Positions 1 to 10,279 of a stretch of 64,000 nucleotides of DNA are shown here, one piece after another. This DNA is from an uncultured bacterium (GTDB lineage: Bacteria; Krumholzibacteriota; Krumholzibacteriia; Krumholzibacteriales; Krumholzibacteriaceae), in assembly GCA_963813815.1 (NCBI GenBank), contig CAWFAD010000008.1, positions 1 through 64,000 on the forward strand, in the 5' to 3' direction. The notes under the pieces were generated by a model. That model saw nothing but the letters and a program-made list of their open reading frames with translations, was not told the origin of the DNA and did no database searches. A program made the translations under genes and the position numbers. Numbering within the stretch: the first letter of the stretch is position 1; every line of letters starts with the position of its first letter.

Positions 1-80
1 TTTCCAAATAGTTGAACAACGGGAAAACGAGTACAATCGGATTCGTCCGCACGGCGACGCGAGGCGGGCGAGAGGTCAGC

Positions 81-1577
81 ATGAACGCAGGATCCATCCG
101 GCCCTACGCATGGAGCGCCGGGCTCATCATCGCCACGACGTTTCTCGGAGAGATCGTCAAGAAGCGTCTCGAGCCGACCAATCTCGTGATGCTCTATCTC
201 CTCGTCGTCGTCATTGCCGCCGTGCGCTGGGGAAAGGGCCCCGCCGTCATGACCTCGGTCGTCGGGGTGCTCGCGTTCGATTTCTTCCTCGTCCCGCCCT
301 ACTTGACCTTCAACGTCGCGAGCATTCACTACGTCTTCACTTTCATCGGATTTCTGATCGTCGGGCTCGTCATCAGCACGCTCGCCTCGCGGATGAGGGA
401 GCGAACCATTCAGGCCGGACAGCGGGAGGCCGAGGCCGCCGCGTTGTACCGCATGAGCAGCGATTTGGCGGCCGCGGATACCTCCGAAAAAGCCCTGCTC
501 GCCATTCGAAACAATGTCGGCGGCATTCTCGGCAGGGCCGTGGCCATCTATCTGCCGTCGGAAGGCGCCGTCCGCCCGGTCAGCGCGGACGCCGATTTTC
601 CGCTGAATGAGCGCGAGAGTCTTTGCGCGCAGCGCACGTTCGAGACCGGCGGATCCGCGCGGGGCGATGCGCGTCCGGCACAATGGCGGCACGTCCGCTA
701 CGCCCCGCTCAACACGCCCGAGGGGATTCTCGGCGTTCTCGGCATCAGCCTGCGGGAAAACGGCGAGAGCCTCAGCCGGGACGAAGAGCGCCTGTTCAAC
801 GCCCTCGTCAGCCAAGCCGCCATCGCGGTTCAGCGGGCGAAGCTGGCCGAGGAAGCCCGGCAGATCGACCTCATGCGGCAAACGGAGAAGCTGCACACGG
901 CCCTTCTGAGCTCCATGTCGCATGACCTGAGAACCCCCCTCGCCTCCATCACGGGAACGCTCACGACGCTGCTCGACCAGAGTCCCGAGCTCGATATATC
1001 CGGACAAAGAGAGCTCCTCAAAACGGCCCATGAGGAAGCCGGCCGGCTCAATCGCCTCGTGGGAAATCTGCTCGACATGACGAGAATGGAGGCGAAGGCG
1101 CTCCGCATTTCAAAGAAGCCGTGCGACCTCCGGGATGTCATTGGTGCCTCGCTCGAGCAGATCAGGGAAACGATCGGGACCCGGCCGATACGAATAGCGA
1201 TCCCCCCTGATTTTCCGGAGGTGCCGATGGCCCTCTCGTTCATGATGAAAGTCTTCGCCAACCTCATCGACAACGCGCTCAAGTTCTCGCCCGCCGACTC
1301 CGCGATCGACATCACGGCGAGCGCGTCGGACGGCAGCGCGACGGTCGAAATCACCGACCGGGGCATGGGCATCCCGGCGGGCGACCTCGAGCGTATCTTC
1401 GAAAAATTTTACCGCGCCGAGCAGTCCCGGCGGGTCGCGGGAATCGGGCTCGGGCTGTCCATCTGCAGGGGCATCGTCGAGGCGCACGGCGGCGCCATCA
1501 CGGCGAAGAACAACGACGGCGCGGGTGCGACGCTCACGATCACCCTGCCGCTCGACCGGGGCGAGAACGGATCATGA
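81..1577 (+). CDS. kdpD: KdpD-like sensor histidine kinase (4-TM DUF4118 region, GAF, HisKA, HATPase); lacks the N-terminal KdpD and USP domains
   Basis: TM block NLVMLYLLVVV...AFDFFLVPPY, H-box SMSHDLRTPLASI, N-box NLIDNALKFS, G-box GIGLGLSIC; ATG at 81 after GAGG; ATGA overlap with the next gene. Confidence 0.85.
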   Translation: MNAGSIRPYAWSAGLIIATTFLGEIVKKRLEPTNLVMLYLLVVVIAAVRWGKGPAVMTSVVGVLAFDFFLVPPYLTFNVASIHYVFTFIGFLIVGLVISTLASRMRERTIQAGQREAEAAALYRMSSDLAAADTSEKALLAIRNNVGGILGRAVAIYLPSEGAVRPVSADADFPLNERESLCAQRTFETGGSARGDARPAQWRHVRYAPLNTPEGILGVLGISLRENGESLSRDEERLFNALVSQAAIAVQRAKLAEEARQIDLMRQTEKLHTALLSSMSHDLRTPLASITGTLTTLLDQSPELDISGQRELLKTAHEEAGRLNRLVGNLLDMTRMEAKALRISKKPCDLRDVIGASLEQIRETIGTRPIRIAIPPDFPEVPMALSFMMKVFANLIDNALKFSPADSAIDITASASDGSATVEITDRGMGIPAGDLERIFEKFYRAEQSRRVAGIGLGLSICRGIVEAHGGAITAKNNDGAGATLTITLPLDRGENGS

Positions 1578-2284
1578 CGAAAGACCGGGGCGCGCGTGTG
1601 CTCGTCGTGGACGACGAAAATGGAATCAGGAGCTTTCTGCGCGTCTCCCTCGCCTCGAGAGGGTTCAGCGTGTTCGAGTCGGCGACGGGCGCCGACGCGC
1701 TCGAGAAATCCGTGTCCGTCCACCCGGACGTCATCATCCTCGATCTCGGACTTCCCGACATCGACGGCCTGGACGTGGTTCGGGAGATTCGCAAGCGGGC
1801 GAAGACGCCGATCATCATACTCTCCGTGCGGGAAGACATAGCGGACAAGGTCGAGGCGCTCGAAGCAGGAGCCGACGACTATTTGACAAAACCCTTCAAT
1901 GTCGCGGAGCTTCAGGCGAGGCTCAAGGCGGTTCTGCGGCGTTTCGCGCCTTCGGACACGGGAGACGTTCTCCGCGCCGGCGATCTCGCGATGGACATCG
2001 TCGCCCATCGGGTCACGGCGGGTGAAAAGGAGATCGATCTCACGCCCACGGAGTTCGACGTGCTGAAGCTTCTCATGCTGAACGCGGGCAGAGTCGTGAC
2101 GCATAAGCAGATCCTCCAGGCGATATGGAACAAGTCGGACGATCTCGAGGGCGTTCTCCACCTCCTCCGCGTCACCATCAGCAACCTGCGCGGCAAAGTG
2201 GAGCCGCGCCCTGATTGGCCGACTCGCATCGTGACGGAACCCGGCATCGGCTACCGCCTTCGATTCGAAGATTCGTCCGATTGA
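1574..2284 (+). CDS. kdpE: KdpE-like OmpR-family response regulator
   Basis: Receiver VLVVDDE..ILDLGLPD..YLTKPF; winged helix ending IVTEPGIGYRL; coupled to the kinase. Confidence 0.85.
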   Translation: MTKDRGARVLVVDDENGIRSFLRVSLASRGFSVFESATGADALEKSVSVHPDVIILDLGLPDIDGLDVVREIRKRAKTPIIILSVREDIADKVEALEAGADDYLTKPFNVAELQARLKAVLRRFAPSDTGDVLRAGDLAMDIVAHRVTAGEKEIDLTPTEFDVLKLLMLNAGRVVTHKQILQAIWNKSDDLEGVLHLLRVTISNLRGKVEPRPDWPTRIVTEPGIGYRLRFEDSSD

Positions 2285-2344
2285 TTTCATTTATTTATAA
2301 TGGGTTGCGCTTCGCCGCCGCCGGGCCGGAGGCTTCCCGCGATC

Positions 2345-2360
2345 TTGACCTTTTATTGAT
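2345..2360 (+). promoter_or_regulatory. Possible KdpE/OmpR-type tandem binding site
   Basis: TTGAC (2345) and TTGAT (2356) with 11-bp period in an AT-rich gap upstream of the K+ transporter. Confidence 0.35.
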
Positions 2361-2397
2361 TTGCGGGCCTTCGAGGGGCCTGACATCATGATTCATT

Positions 2398-3819
2398 ATG
2401 GCAACGAGAACGTTCGACTTGGCCGGCATTGGCGCTCTGCACGAGCAGGGGAGCAGCCGCCGGCGCCGATCCACGGGCATTCTCCTATCGCTCCGAAGAA
2501 GCGCCACGCCCTACCAGCTTCTCGTCCTCGGATACGCCATCATCGTCCTATCGGGGGCGCTTCTGCTCTCCCTGCCAGTCGCGACCGCGCAAGGGGGAGG
2601 GCAACCGTACATCGACGCCCTCTTCATGTCGATGTCGGGGGTGAGCACGACGGGGCTCGCGGTCGTCGACGTCGGCAGCTTCTACTCGCTCTTCGGACAG
2701 ATCGTGCTCATGTGCATCTTTCAGATCGGCGGCATCGGCTACATGACGATCATCATACTCATCATGTACTTTCTCGGGCTCAAGGGATCGGTCAGGACCA
2801 GCGTCGTCGCCCGGGAATCGCTCGTCGGCTCGAATTTCCATACGTTGAAGAAGTTCTTCGTTTCGGTCGTGGCATACTCGCTCCTCTTCGAGCTCGCGGG
2901 CGGCGTCATTCTGGCGCTCTTCTGGAGGCGGGAGTATCCCGCTTCCCACGCCCTCTACCTCGGTCTGTTTCACTCGGTATCCGCCTTCTGCACCGCGGGA
3001 TTCGGCCTCTTCTCGGATAGTCTCATGCGATACCGGCAGAGCGCCGCCGTCAACATCGTCATCATCGTGCTTTCGCTGGCGGGGGGAATCGGCTTCTTCG
3101 TATTGAAGGATCTCACCGAGCTCGGGCTCGCCCGTTTGCGGCGCGCTCGGCCGCGGCGGCTCGCGGCGCACACCAAGCTCGTGCTCGTGACCACCGCCGT
3201 CATGATCGGGCTCGGCACGGCGACGATCCTGATGTGCGAGAGCTGGCCGTCCTCCATGAGCGCGGGCGAGGGCGCGACTCTCGCCGTCTTTCAGGCGATA
3301 TCCGCGTCCACGACCGACGGATTCAACACGATGGACATCGGCGCCATGAGCGCCGCGAGCCTCACGGTGATCATGCTGCTCATGTTCGTCGGCGCGTCGC
3401 CGGGGAGCACCGGCGGCGGAATCAAGACGACGACGTTCGGCCTGCTTCTCGCCGTGATCTGGGCGAAGCTGCGGCGGAAAGAAGTCAATATGTTCGGCAG
3501 GGAGATGTCCGAGCAGTGCGTCTATAACGCCGTCATCGTCACGGTGGGCTTCCTGCTCGTCGTCTTTATCGACGTGGTCATTCTCACCGCCACGATGAAC
3601 GCGCCCTACAATCAGATTCTCTTCGAGATCTTCTCCGCCCTCGGCAACACCGGCCTCTCCATGGGCCTGACCTCGAGCCTGAACGCGATCGGAAAGATCA
3701 CCCTCGTCGTGACCATGTTCATCGGCAGGGTCGGCATTCTCATCATCGCATTCGCGCTGCTGGCCAAACAGCGGAAGGCGCTCTTCCGCTATCCCAAGGA
3801 AGACGTGTTCGTCGGCTGA
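2398..3819 (+). CDS. TrkH/KtrB-family potassium uptake membrane protein
   Basis: Pore-loop motifs STTGL, FCTAGF, TTDGFN, GNTGLS; MFVGASPGSTGGGIKTTTF; C-terminus YPKEDVFVG. Confidence 0.9.
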   Translation: MATRTFDLAGIGALHEQGSSRRRRSTGILLSLRRSATPYQLLVLGYAIIVLSGALLLSLPVATAQGGGQPYIDALFMSMSGVSTTGLAVVDVGSFYSLFGQIVLMCIFQIGGIGYMTIIILIMYFLGLKGSVRTSVVARESLVGSNFHTLKKFFVSVVAYSLLFELAGGVILALFWRREYPASHALYLGLFHSVSAFCTAGFGLFSDSLMRYRQSAAVNIVIIVLSLAGGIGFFVLKDLTELGLARLRRARPRRLAAHTKLVLVTTAVMIGLGTATILMCESWPSSMSAGEGATLAVFQAISASTTDGFNTMDIGAMSAASLTVIMLLMFVGASPGSTGGGIKTTTFGLLLAVIWAKLRRKEVNMFGREMSEQCVYNAVIVTVGFLLVVFIDVVILTATMNAPYNQILFEIFSALGNTGLSMGLTSSLNAIGKITLVVTMFIGRVGILIIAFALLAKQRKALFRYPKEDVFVG

Positions 3820-3840
3820 CCGATTCGCCGAAGCGCGCGT

Positions 3841-5040
3841 TCAAGCCCGGGCCTTTTCCGCCGCGAACCAGCGCCGCGTCCGCAGGCAGATCTTGACGAG
3901 CATGAGCATCACCGGCACCTCGATGAGCACGCCGACGACCGTGGCCAGGGCCGCGCCGGACGAGATGCCGAACAGCATCGTCGCGGTCGCTATGGCGACC
4001 TCGAAGTGATTCGACGCGCCGATCATCGCCGAGGGCGCGGCGTCCTCGTACGAGAGCCTCAGCGGCTTCGACAGCAGATACCCGATCCAGAAGATCAGGT
4101 TCGTCTGGATAAAGAGCGGAATGGCGATCCAGAGGATCGTGAGGGGGTTGGAGACGATGACCTCGCCCTTGAACGAGAAGAGAAGTATCAGCGTCGCGAG
4201 CAGGGCGACGATCGTGATCGGCGTGAGCACGTGGAGAAATTCCTCGTTGAACCAGGCCTCGCCCCGCGCCCGAATGATCCATTTCCGCGAAATGTATCCG
4301 GCCGCGAGAGGCAGCGCGACGTAGATGCCGATGGAGAGGACGAGCGCCTGCCAGGGAACGGGCAGCCTGCCGACGCCGAGCAGGAACCCGCCGAGCGGCC
4401 CGTAGAGAAAGAGCATCGTGAGCGAGTTGATGGCCACCATCACGAGCGTGTGCCCGTCGTTGCCCTTGGCGAGGTAGCCCCAGACGAGCACCATCGCCGT
4501 GCAGGGAGCGATGCCGAGGAGAATGCAGCCCGCGAGATAGCTCCGCCACAGCGGAACCTGGAGCATCTTCACGCCGTCGGCGAGAACGACGGTGCCGACC
4601 CCGTGCGTCGCCCCGACCGGGAGATCGAGGCCGAAGGGCATCTTCACGAGATCGACCGCCTCGGCGCCGATGAGCCCCCGAAACACGAACCCGAGAAAGA
4701 ACACCGCGATCGCGTACATCGTGAAGGGCTTGATCGCCCAGTTCACGAAGAGCGTGAGGCCCACCGGCTTCGCGCTCTTTCCGGCCTTCAGCACCTCGGC
4801 GAAGTCGATCTTGACCATGATGGGGTACATCATGAAGAAAAGACAGATCGCGATCGGAATGGAAACGACCGGCGCGCCGTTCACGAAAATTGACAGACCA
4901 TCAAGATATCTCGCGACGCCCGGCGCGAGCTTGCCGAGCGCGATGCCGGCGCCGATGCAGACGGCCACCCAGGCGGTGAGGTTGCGCTCGAAGAAGCTCA
5001 GGCCTTTCGGCCTCTTGGTGACGCACGCTTCGACGGCCAT
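3841..5040 (-). CDS. acr3: ACR3-family arsenite efflux transporter
   Basis: [45 protein letters not shown]. Confidence 0.93.
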   Translation of the reverse strand: MAVEACVTKRPKGLSFFERNLTAWVAVCIGAGIALGKLAPGVARYLDGLSIFVNGAPVVSIPIAICLFFMMYPIMVKIDFAEVLKAGKSAKPVGLTLFVNWAIKPFTMYAIAVFFLGFVFRGLIGAEAVDLVKMPFGLDLPVGATHGVGTVVLADGVKMLQVPLWRSYLAGCILLGIAPCTAMVLVWGYLAKGNDGHTLVMVAINSLTMLFLYGPLGGFLLGVGRLPVPWQALVLSIGIYVALPLAAGYISRKWIIRARGEAWFNEEFLHVLTPITIVALLATLILLFSFKGEVIVSNPLTILWIAIPLFIQTNLIFWIGYLLSKPLRLSYEDAAPSAMIGASNHFEVAIATATMLFGISSGAALATVVGVLIEVPVMLMLVKICLRTRRWFAAEKARA

Positions 5041-5101
5041 CGATGCGGCTCCTTTCGGCGATCCATCGGGATCGAGCGGCGAGGCCGCCCATTCGATCCT
5101 C

Positions 5102-5804
5102 TCAGCGCACGCTCCATATGAGATAGATCCCGCCGAGTATGACGAGAGCGCCGCAGGCCTTCTTCAGAATGACGGCGCCCCTCGATCGCTCATTCCAGCT
5201 GAGATACCTCTGCACCATGCTCGTAAAGGTCCCCGCGAGCACGATCACGGCGCAGTGGCCGATCGCGTACGCGAGCACGAGGGCCCCGGCGAAGAGCGGC
5301 CTCGACGCGGCGACGCCGAACGTGATGCCGAGCATCGGCGCCATGTACGCGAACGTGCACGGACCGAGCGCGACACCGAACACGAGCCCGATTACGAGAG
5401 CCGCGAGAGCTCCCTTCTTCTTCATTTTCGGCTGATTCGCGGCGCCGAGGAACGGAATCGTGATGACCTCGAGCAGGTGGAGCCCGATGACGAAGAAGAT
5501 CGCGGCGACGAAATAGGTTCCCGCCTTTCCGACGTCGCCCATCATGCGGCCCATCGCCCCCGTGACGGCGCCGATCGCGGCGATCGTCACGAGGATCCCG
5601 AGCGAGAAGAGCCCCGAGAGCGGCGAACGCGCGTTTCTTCGTGACGACTCCCTGCCCGTCGATGAACCCCACGATGAGCGGGATGCTCGAGAGGTGGCAC
5701 GGGCTGAGGAGAATGCTCAAGACGCCCCACGCCATCGACGCGCCGAGCGCGATGAGAGGCGCGGCCTGCAGAGCTTCGGTCAGGCGGTCGAACAACGATA
5801 TCAT
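5102..5804 (-). CDS. ccdA: CcdA/DsbD-family disulfide transfer membrane protein; +1 frameshift near 5622, probably a sequencing error
   Basis: [16 protein letters not shown] in one frame and [12 protein letters not shown] in another; removing one base after KKRAFA joins them as [13 protein letters not shown]. Confidence 0.8.
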
Positions 5805-5806
5805 TG

Positions 5807-6208
5807 TCAAACGCCCTTCTGCTTGAGCACCTGAACGAGCTCGTCCTTCGGGAAATATCCCTCGTGCCGGAAGTACTCCTTGCCGTCCTTGTCGAGGAAC
5901 ACCTGCGTGGGGATGAGCCGAATCCCGTACTTTTTGGCGTAGGGCTTGCCCTCGGGCGTCCACACGTCGTAGAACACGACCTTGACCTTGCCCGCGTACT
6001 CCTCCTCTATCTCCTTCATGATGGGCTGCATCTTCTTGCAGGGAATGCAGCGAACGGATCCGAGCTCGACGAAAGTGACGAGCGGCGCCTCATCGCTCTT
6101 TTCGGCCGGCGCCGCTTTTCCCGTAGCCTTGCTTTCCTCCTGCGAGCACGCGATCCCGCTGAAAAGCGCGATTGCCGCTACCGCCGCGATCACGATCGTC
6201 CTTCTCAT
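5807..6208 (-). CDS. Thioredoxin-family lipoprotein
   Basis: Signal/lipobox MRRTIVIAAVAAIALFSGIAC; CIPC active site; IPTQVF cis-Pro loop. Confidence 0.85.
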   Translation of the reverse strand: MRRTIVIAAVAAIALFSGIACSQEESKATGKAAPAEKSDEAPLVTFVELGSVRCIPCKKMQPIMKEIEEEYAGKVKVVFYDVWTPEGKPYAKKYGIRLIPTQVFLDKDGKEYFRHEGYFPKDELVQVLKQKGV

Positions 6209-6234
6209 CGATGTCTCCCTTCCCGTGCCGGTTT

Positions 6235-6468
6235 TCACTTCAAGAGCGCCTCGATGTCGCCCGTCGATAGCGCCTTCCCCACGCTCTTCACCTGCCCGTC
6301 CACGACGAGAGCGGGCGTCATCATCACGCCGAATTTCATGATCTCTTGAATCTTGTCCACCTTTTCGATCTCGGCATCGATGCCCATCGCCTTGACCGCC
6401 GATTCGACGTTCGCCATGAGCTGCTTGCACTTCGGGCATCCGGTGCCCAGAATCTGTATCTTTTTCAT
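6235..6468 (-). CDS. Small redox-active disulfide protein (MTH895-like thioredoxin fold)
   Basis: MKKIQILGTGCPKC...GVMMTPALVVDG; own ATG in a TAATG overlap with the corrected permease stop. Confidence 0.88.
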   Translation of the reverse strand: MKKIQILGTGCPKCKQLMANVESAVKAMGIDAEIEKVDKIQEIMKFGVMMTPALVVDGQVKSVGKALSTGDIEALLK

Positions 6469-7851
6469 TATATCCCCCGTATGGCTCCGAATATCATGCC
6501 GCTCGACCGTCGCCATGACGACGACGAGCGCGATGTACGTGAGCGTCTTCCTCGGCCCGAGAATCGAGTTGATGACGAGCATGCTCGGCAGCGAGAGCGC
6601 GGGCCCCGCGAGCAGGAGCGCGAGAGCGGGCCCCTGCCCCATCCCGCTGTCGAGGAGTCCCCGCAGAATCGGCACTTCCGTCAGCGTGGCGAAATACATC
6701 AGAGCCCCGGTGATTGACGCAAAGAAGTTGGTCCAGAGGGGCCAGATCGCCTCCAACCATCCGATATGGAAGCCGTCCGGCTTTCCCATCACCTCGAGGA
6801 GGGAACTCGGCGAATCCCCCACGAGCGCCTGAACCCATTTGTTCGGAACAAATCCCGCGTCGACGCTCGATGGGCTGCCCAGGAAAAATCCGGCAGCGAG
6901 AACGCCGACGAGGAGAAGCGGTAGAATCATCTTCGCGAAGCCCCACGTTTGCCCCCGCCACTCCTCGAGCTCCGAGCCGCCGAAGAAGGTGAGCGCCGCG
7001 AGCCCCGCCGCGCCCGCGGCGAAGGCCGCGACCGGATACCGCGGGACCGCGAGACCGATCACGACCGCCGGAACGGCGGCGAGAGCGACGTAGAGGAGCC
7101 GGATCTTGAAAAACCGCCAGAGGCCGAATCCCAGAAGAGCCGCGAAGAACGCCGTTACCTTCCACTTGGCCGCGAAGACCGCGGACCAGAATCCGGCGTC
7201 CTGCCCCGGCCTCGCCCAGTTCGCGAACACGAGCACGCCCACCATCGCGAGAAAATAAACTCCGACGTGCCACAGCGGTCGCCCGCGCCCGTCATCCTCG
7301 CCGAGATGTACCTCCTCGGCCGAAGCGGCCTTGGCCCGCTCTTCCTTCAAGAAGATCGCGTGCATGAGGAGACCGATGACGACGCTGAACGCGACCGCGC
7401 CGATTGCGCGCGCCAAACCGAGCTGCCAGCCGAGCACGCGCGCCGTCAGCACGATGGCGAGGACATTGATCGCGGGCCCCGAATAGAGAAATGCGATCGC
7501 CGGCCCGAGCCCCGCCCCGCGCAGGTAAATGCTGCCGAAGAGCGGCAGCACCGTGCAGGAGCATACCGCGAGGATCGTCCCCGAGACCGAGGCGACGCCG
7601 TATGAGAGGGCCTTGTTCGCCTTGGGGCCGAAGTACTTCATCACGGCGCGCTGGCTGACGAAAACGCCGATGGCTCCCGCGATGAAAAACGCGGGCACGA
7701 GGCAGAGGAGAACGTGTTCCCGGGCGTACCAGCGCACGAGCCGGAAGGCCTCGATGACCGCGCCCTGGAATCGCGGGAGCTCCGCGGGCAGGTAGTAGGC
7801 GCCGAGAAAGGCTGCGACGAGCCACAACAGAATCTTAGCCTCTTTCTTCAC
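6468..7851 (-). CDS. ArsP/DUF318-family permease; an extra G near 6505 makes an apparent fusion to the next gene
   Basis: REHVLLCLVPAFFIAG, LAVCSCTVLP, YSGPAIN, MYFATLTEVP, GPALSLPSM; corrected end ATVSGMIFGAIRGI*. Confidence 0.85.
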
Positions 7852-8170
7852 GCCCGCTCCCTTCCACGACCTTGCGCCGCCGCTCGAGCTCCTCCCGCAG
7901 CACCCGCATGGAGCAGTCGACCGCCTGAAGAATGCAGGGATTCGCCAAATGATGGATGACCTTCGCCCCTTCCTTCCGCGCGCTCACGATGCCGACCTTC
8001 TTGAGCTGGGCGAGATGCCGCGAGAGCGTCGATTGATCGACGTTCGCCAGCTTGTTGAGCTCGTTCACGCAGAGGTCTCCCCGGCTCAACGCGTCCACAA
8101 GGAGAAAGCGGATGGGATGAGCGAGCGCCTTCAGGATTTCGGCCCGCGCCCGCGCTTCTTCGTAGTTCAT
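7835..8170 (-). CDS. arsR: ArsR/SmtB-family transcriptional repressor
   Basis: LKALAHPIR...LCVNEL...QSTLSRHLAQLK; heads the acr3 operon. Confidence 0.88.
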   Translation of the reverse strand: MNYEEARARAEILKALAHPIRFLLVDALSRGDLCVNELNKLANVDQSTLSRHLAQLKKVGIVSARKEGAKVIHHLANPCILQAVDCSMRVLREELERRRKVVEGSGREERG

Positions 8171-8177
8171 GTTTTCG

Positions 8178-8206
8178 AGTATATGCATATATGCGCATAT
8201 TGTCAA
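8178..8206 (-). promoter_or_regulatory. sigma70 promoter with operator in the spacer; probably leaderless arsR mRNA
   Basis: TTGACA-17bp-TATACT, then 7 nt to ATG; spacer made of overlapping palindromes ATATGCGCATAT and TATATGCATATA. Confidence 0.75.
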
Positions 8207-8442
8207 GTGCGATTCCGCGACAGGCGCCCGCGGCGACATTTAGCGCTTGCATTCATCCCGAAGAGTGCTATATTGACTTCGAGTCGAACAGATTTGGAAT
8301 CGAATTGTAGGGAAACCAGATAAAGACGATAAACAGAACCTGCCTTGTTGATCTTCTCTATTCGGGTCTTGCGAAATTCCTTTCCAACAACATCTGCGAC
8401 GGGAATTTTTTCTCATTCATGTGAGACCAATAGGAGGTCACA

Positions 8443-8733
8443 ATGAAGATTTATGTAGGGAACATGTCTTTCGATTCGAACGAAGCTGAAGTGCGGAAAG
8501 CGTTCGAGGCTCACGGCAAAGTTGAAACCGTGACGATCATCAACGACCGGGACACCGGTCGTCCGAAAGGGTTCGGTTTCGTCGAGATGTCGAACGACAC
8601 CGAAGCCAAAGCGGCGATCGAAGCCCTGAACGGCAAGGATTTCATGGGCCGCACCCTCAACGTCAACGAGGCTCGTCCTCGCGCTGAGGGCCCCAGCCGC
8701 GGACCCAACAGCGGTTACCGGCGCAGCTTCTAG
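8443..8733 (+). CDS. RNA recognition motif (RRM) RNA-binding protein
   Basis: RNP2 IYVGNM, RNP1 KGFGFVEM, VNEARPR; strong RBS AGGAGG. Confidence 0.93.
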   Translation: MKIYVGNMSFDSNEAEVRKAFEAHGKVETVTIINDRDTGRPKGFGFVEMSNDTEAKAAIEALNGKDFMGRTLNVNEARPRAEGPSRGPNSGYRRSF

Positions 8734-8785
8734 CACGCGATCAGGCGGAACACCGAGTGGCAGGCTCGCGTGCCAGCTGTAGAAA

Positions 8786-8814
8786 CGAGGGAAGCCGACC
8801 GTCGGCTTCCCTCG
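8786..8814. terminator. Perfect inverted repeat, terminator-like hairpin after the RRM gene
   Basis: CGAGGGAAGCCGAC-C-GTCGGCTTCCCTCG; no U-tract on the + strand. Confidence 0.5.
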
Positions 8815-8875
8815 AAAAATCCCCATAGGAGGATCCGATACACAAGAACCGTTTTCCGACGAAGGCGTGCCGCTT

Positions 8876-10252
8876 ATGCGATTGTATCTGGTCAATCCGT
8901 CAAACCCGCTCATCAACATCGTCAAAGTCAAGGAAAGCCGCTGGAACCGCTACCGCGTGTGGAAGCCTCTGAGCCTCGTGGTTCTCGCCGGCCTCACCCC
9001 CCCCGAATGGGAAGTCTCGATCCTCGACGAAAACCTCGGCGTGCCGGATTACGGCGCCTTGCCCCGGCCGGACCTCGTGGGGATCACCGCCTTTACCTCG
9101 CAGGCGAATCGCGCCTACGAGATCGCGGGGTTTTTCCGGCGCCTCGGCGTGCCGGTCGTGCTCGGCGGGATCCACGCGACGATGTGCCAGCATGAAGCGC
9201 GGGAACACGCGGACTCGATCGTCACGGGAGAAGCCGAAGGCGTGTGGGCCCGCGTCCTCGAGGACGCGCGGCACGGACGCCTGCGCCCCCGTTACGAGGG
9301 CGGCAGGGCCGAGCTGCACAACATACCTATCGCGCGGCACGATCTGCTCGCCGAGGGGTACGCCCTCGGCGCCATCCAGACGACGCGAGGCTGCCCCTTG
9401 AACTGCAGCTTCTGCAGCGTGACGGCGTTCAACGGAGCCCATTACCGCCAGCGGCCCATCGAGGATGTGATCCGCGAGTTTCGGATGATTCGCGAGAAGC
9501 GCGTTCTCGTGGTGGACGACAACCTCATCGGCACGCGCCCCGAGCACATCGCCCGGGCCAAGGAGCTCTTTCGCGCCATGATAGAGGCGGATCTCGGGAA
9601 GGAATGGGTGGCCCAGGCCACGATCAACTTCGCCGACGACGAGGAGCTCATGACGCTCGCCGCGAAGGCGGGGTGCGGCGGCGTATTCATAGGATTCGAA
9701 TCGCTCGACCCCGGAAAGCTCCTCGGGCTCGGCAAGAAATTCAACCTCATGAAGAACCGCGATTTTCGCGCCTCCGTGCGGCGCATTCAGCGGCATAACA
9801 TAATGGTCGTCGGATCCTTTATCATCGGCCTCGACGTCGACACCCCGGGCATAGGCAAGCGCATCGCCGAGGTGGCCAACCGGTACGGCATCGACAACCT
9901 CAATGCGTTGTTCCTGACGCCGCTGCCCGGCACGCGTCTCTGGGACGAGATGAAATCCGAGGATCGAATCCCCCTCGGCGCGTTCCCCGAAGACTGGAAG
10001 TACTACACGCTGACCTTCCCCGTCGCCCGGTACAAGCATCTGTCTCTGGATACCATCATCCGGGAAATGCACTCCTGCAACAACGCCTTCTATTCGATAC
10101 CGAGCATCCTGAGAAGGGTGTGGAGCAGCTTGTGGCGGCGCCACAAACCGTTCCTCAGCTTCGTGGGCAATCTCTCGTACCGGAACAACGTCCGGATGGG
10201 TCAGGTTGCGCACGCGAACTTCCGGCGTCAAGTCGGCGACAGGCTCGGCTGA
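8876..10252 (+). CDS. B12-binding domain radical SAM protein
   Basis: VVLGGIHAT..GEAE cobalamin-domain motifs; TRGCPLNCSFC (CxxxCxxC). Confidence 0.9.
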   Translation: MRLYLVNPSNPLINIVKVKESRWNRYRVWKPLSLVVLAGLTPPEWEVSILDENLGVPDYGALPRPDLVGITAFTSQANRAYEIAGFFRRLGVPVVLGGIHATMCQHEAREHADSIVTGEAEGVWARVLEDARHGRLRPRYEGGRAELHNIPIARHDLLAEGYALGAIQTTRGCPLNCSFCSVTAFNGAHYRQRPIEDVIREFRMIREKRVLVVDDNLIGTRPEHIARAKELFRAMIEADLGKEWVAQATINFADDEELMTLAAKAGCGGVFIGFESLDPGKLLGLGKKFNLMKNRDFRASVRRIQRHNIMVVGSFIIGLDVDTPGIGKRIAEVANRYGIDNLNALFLTPLPGTRLWDEMKSEDRIPLGAFPEDWKYYTLTFPVARYKHLSLDTIIREMHSCNNAFYSIPSILRRVWSSLWRRHKPFLSFVGNLSYRNNVRMGQVAHANFRRQVGDRLG

Positions 10253-10279
10253 GCGCTCGGGACAGGGAGGGGCACGACA

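Noticed and set aside
6235..7851. 538-aa permease-thioredoxin fusion in the ORF track
   Set aside because: Removing one G near 6505 restores a normal permease end (SGMIFGAIRGI*) with a TAATG overlap, so the fusion is most likely an indel artefact.
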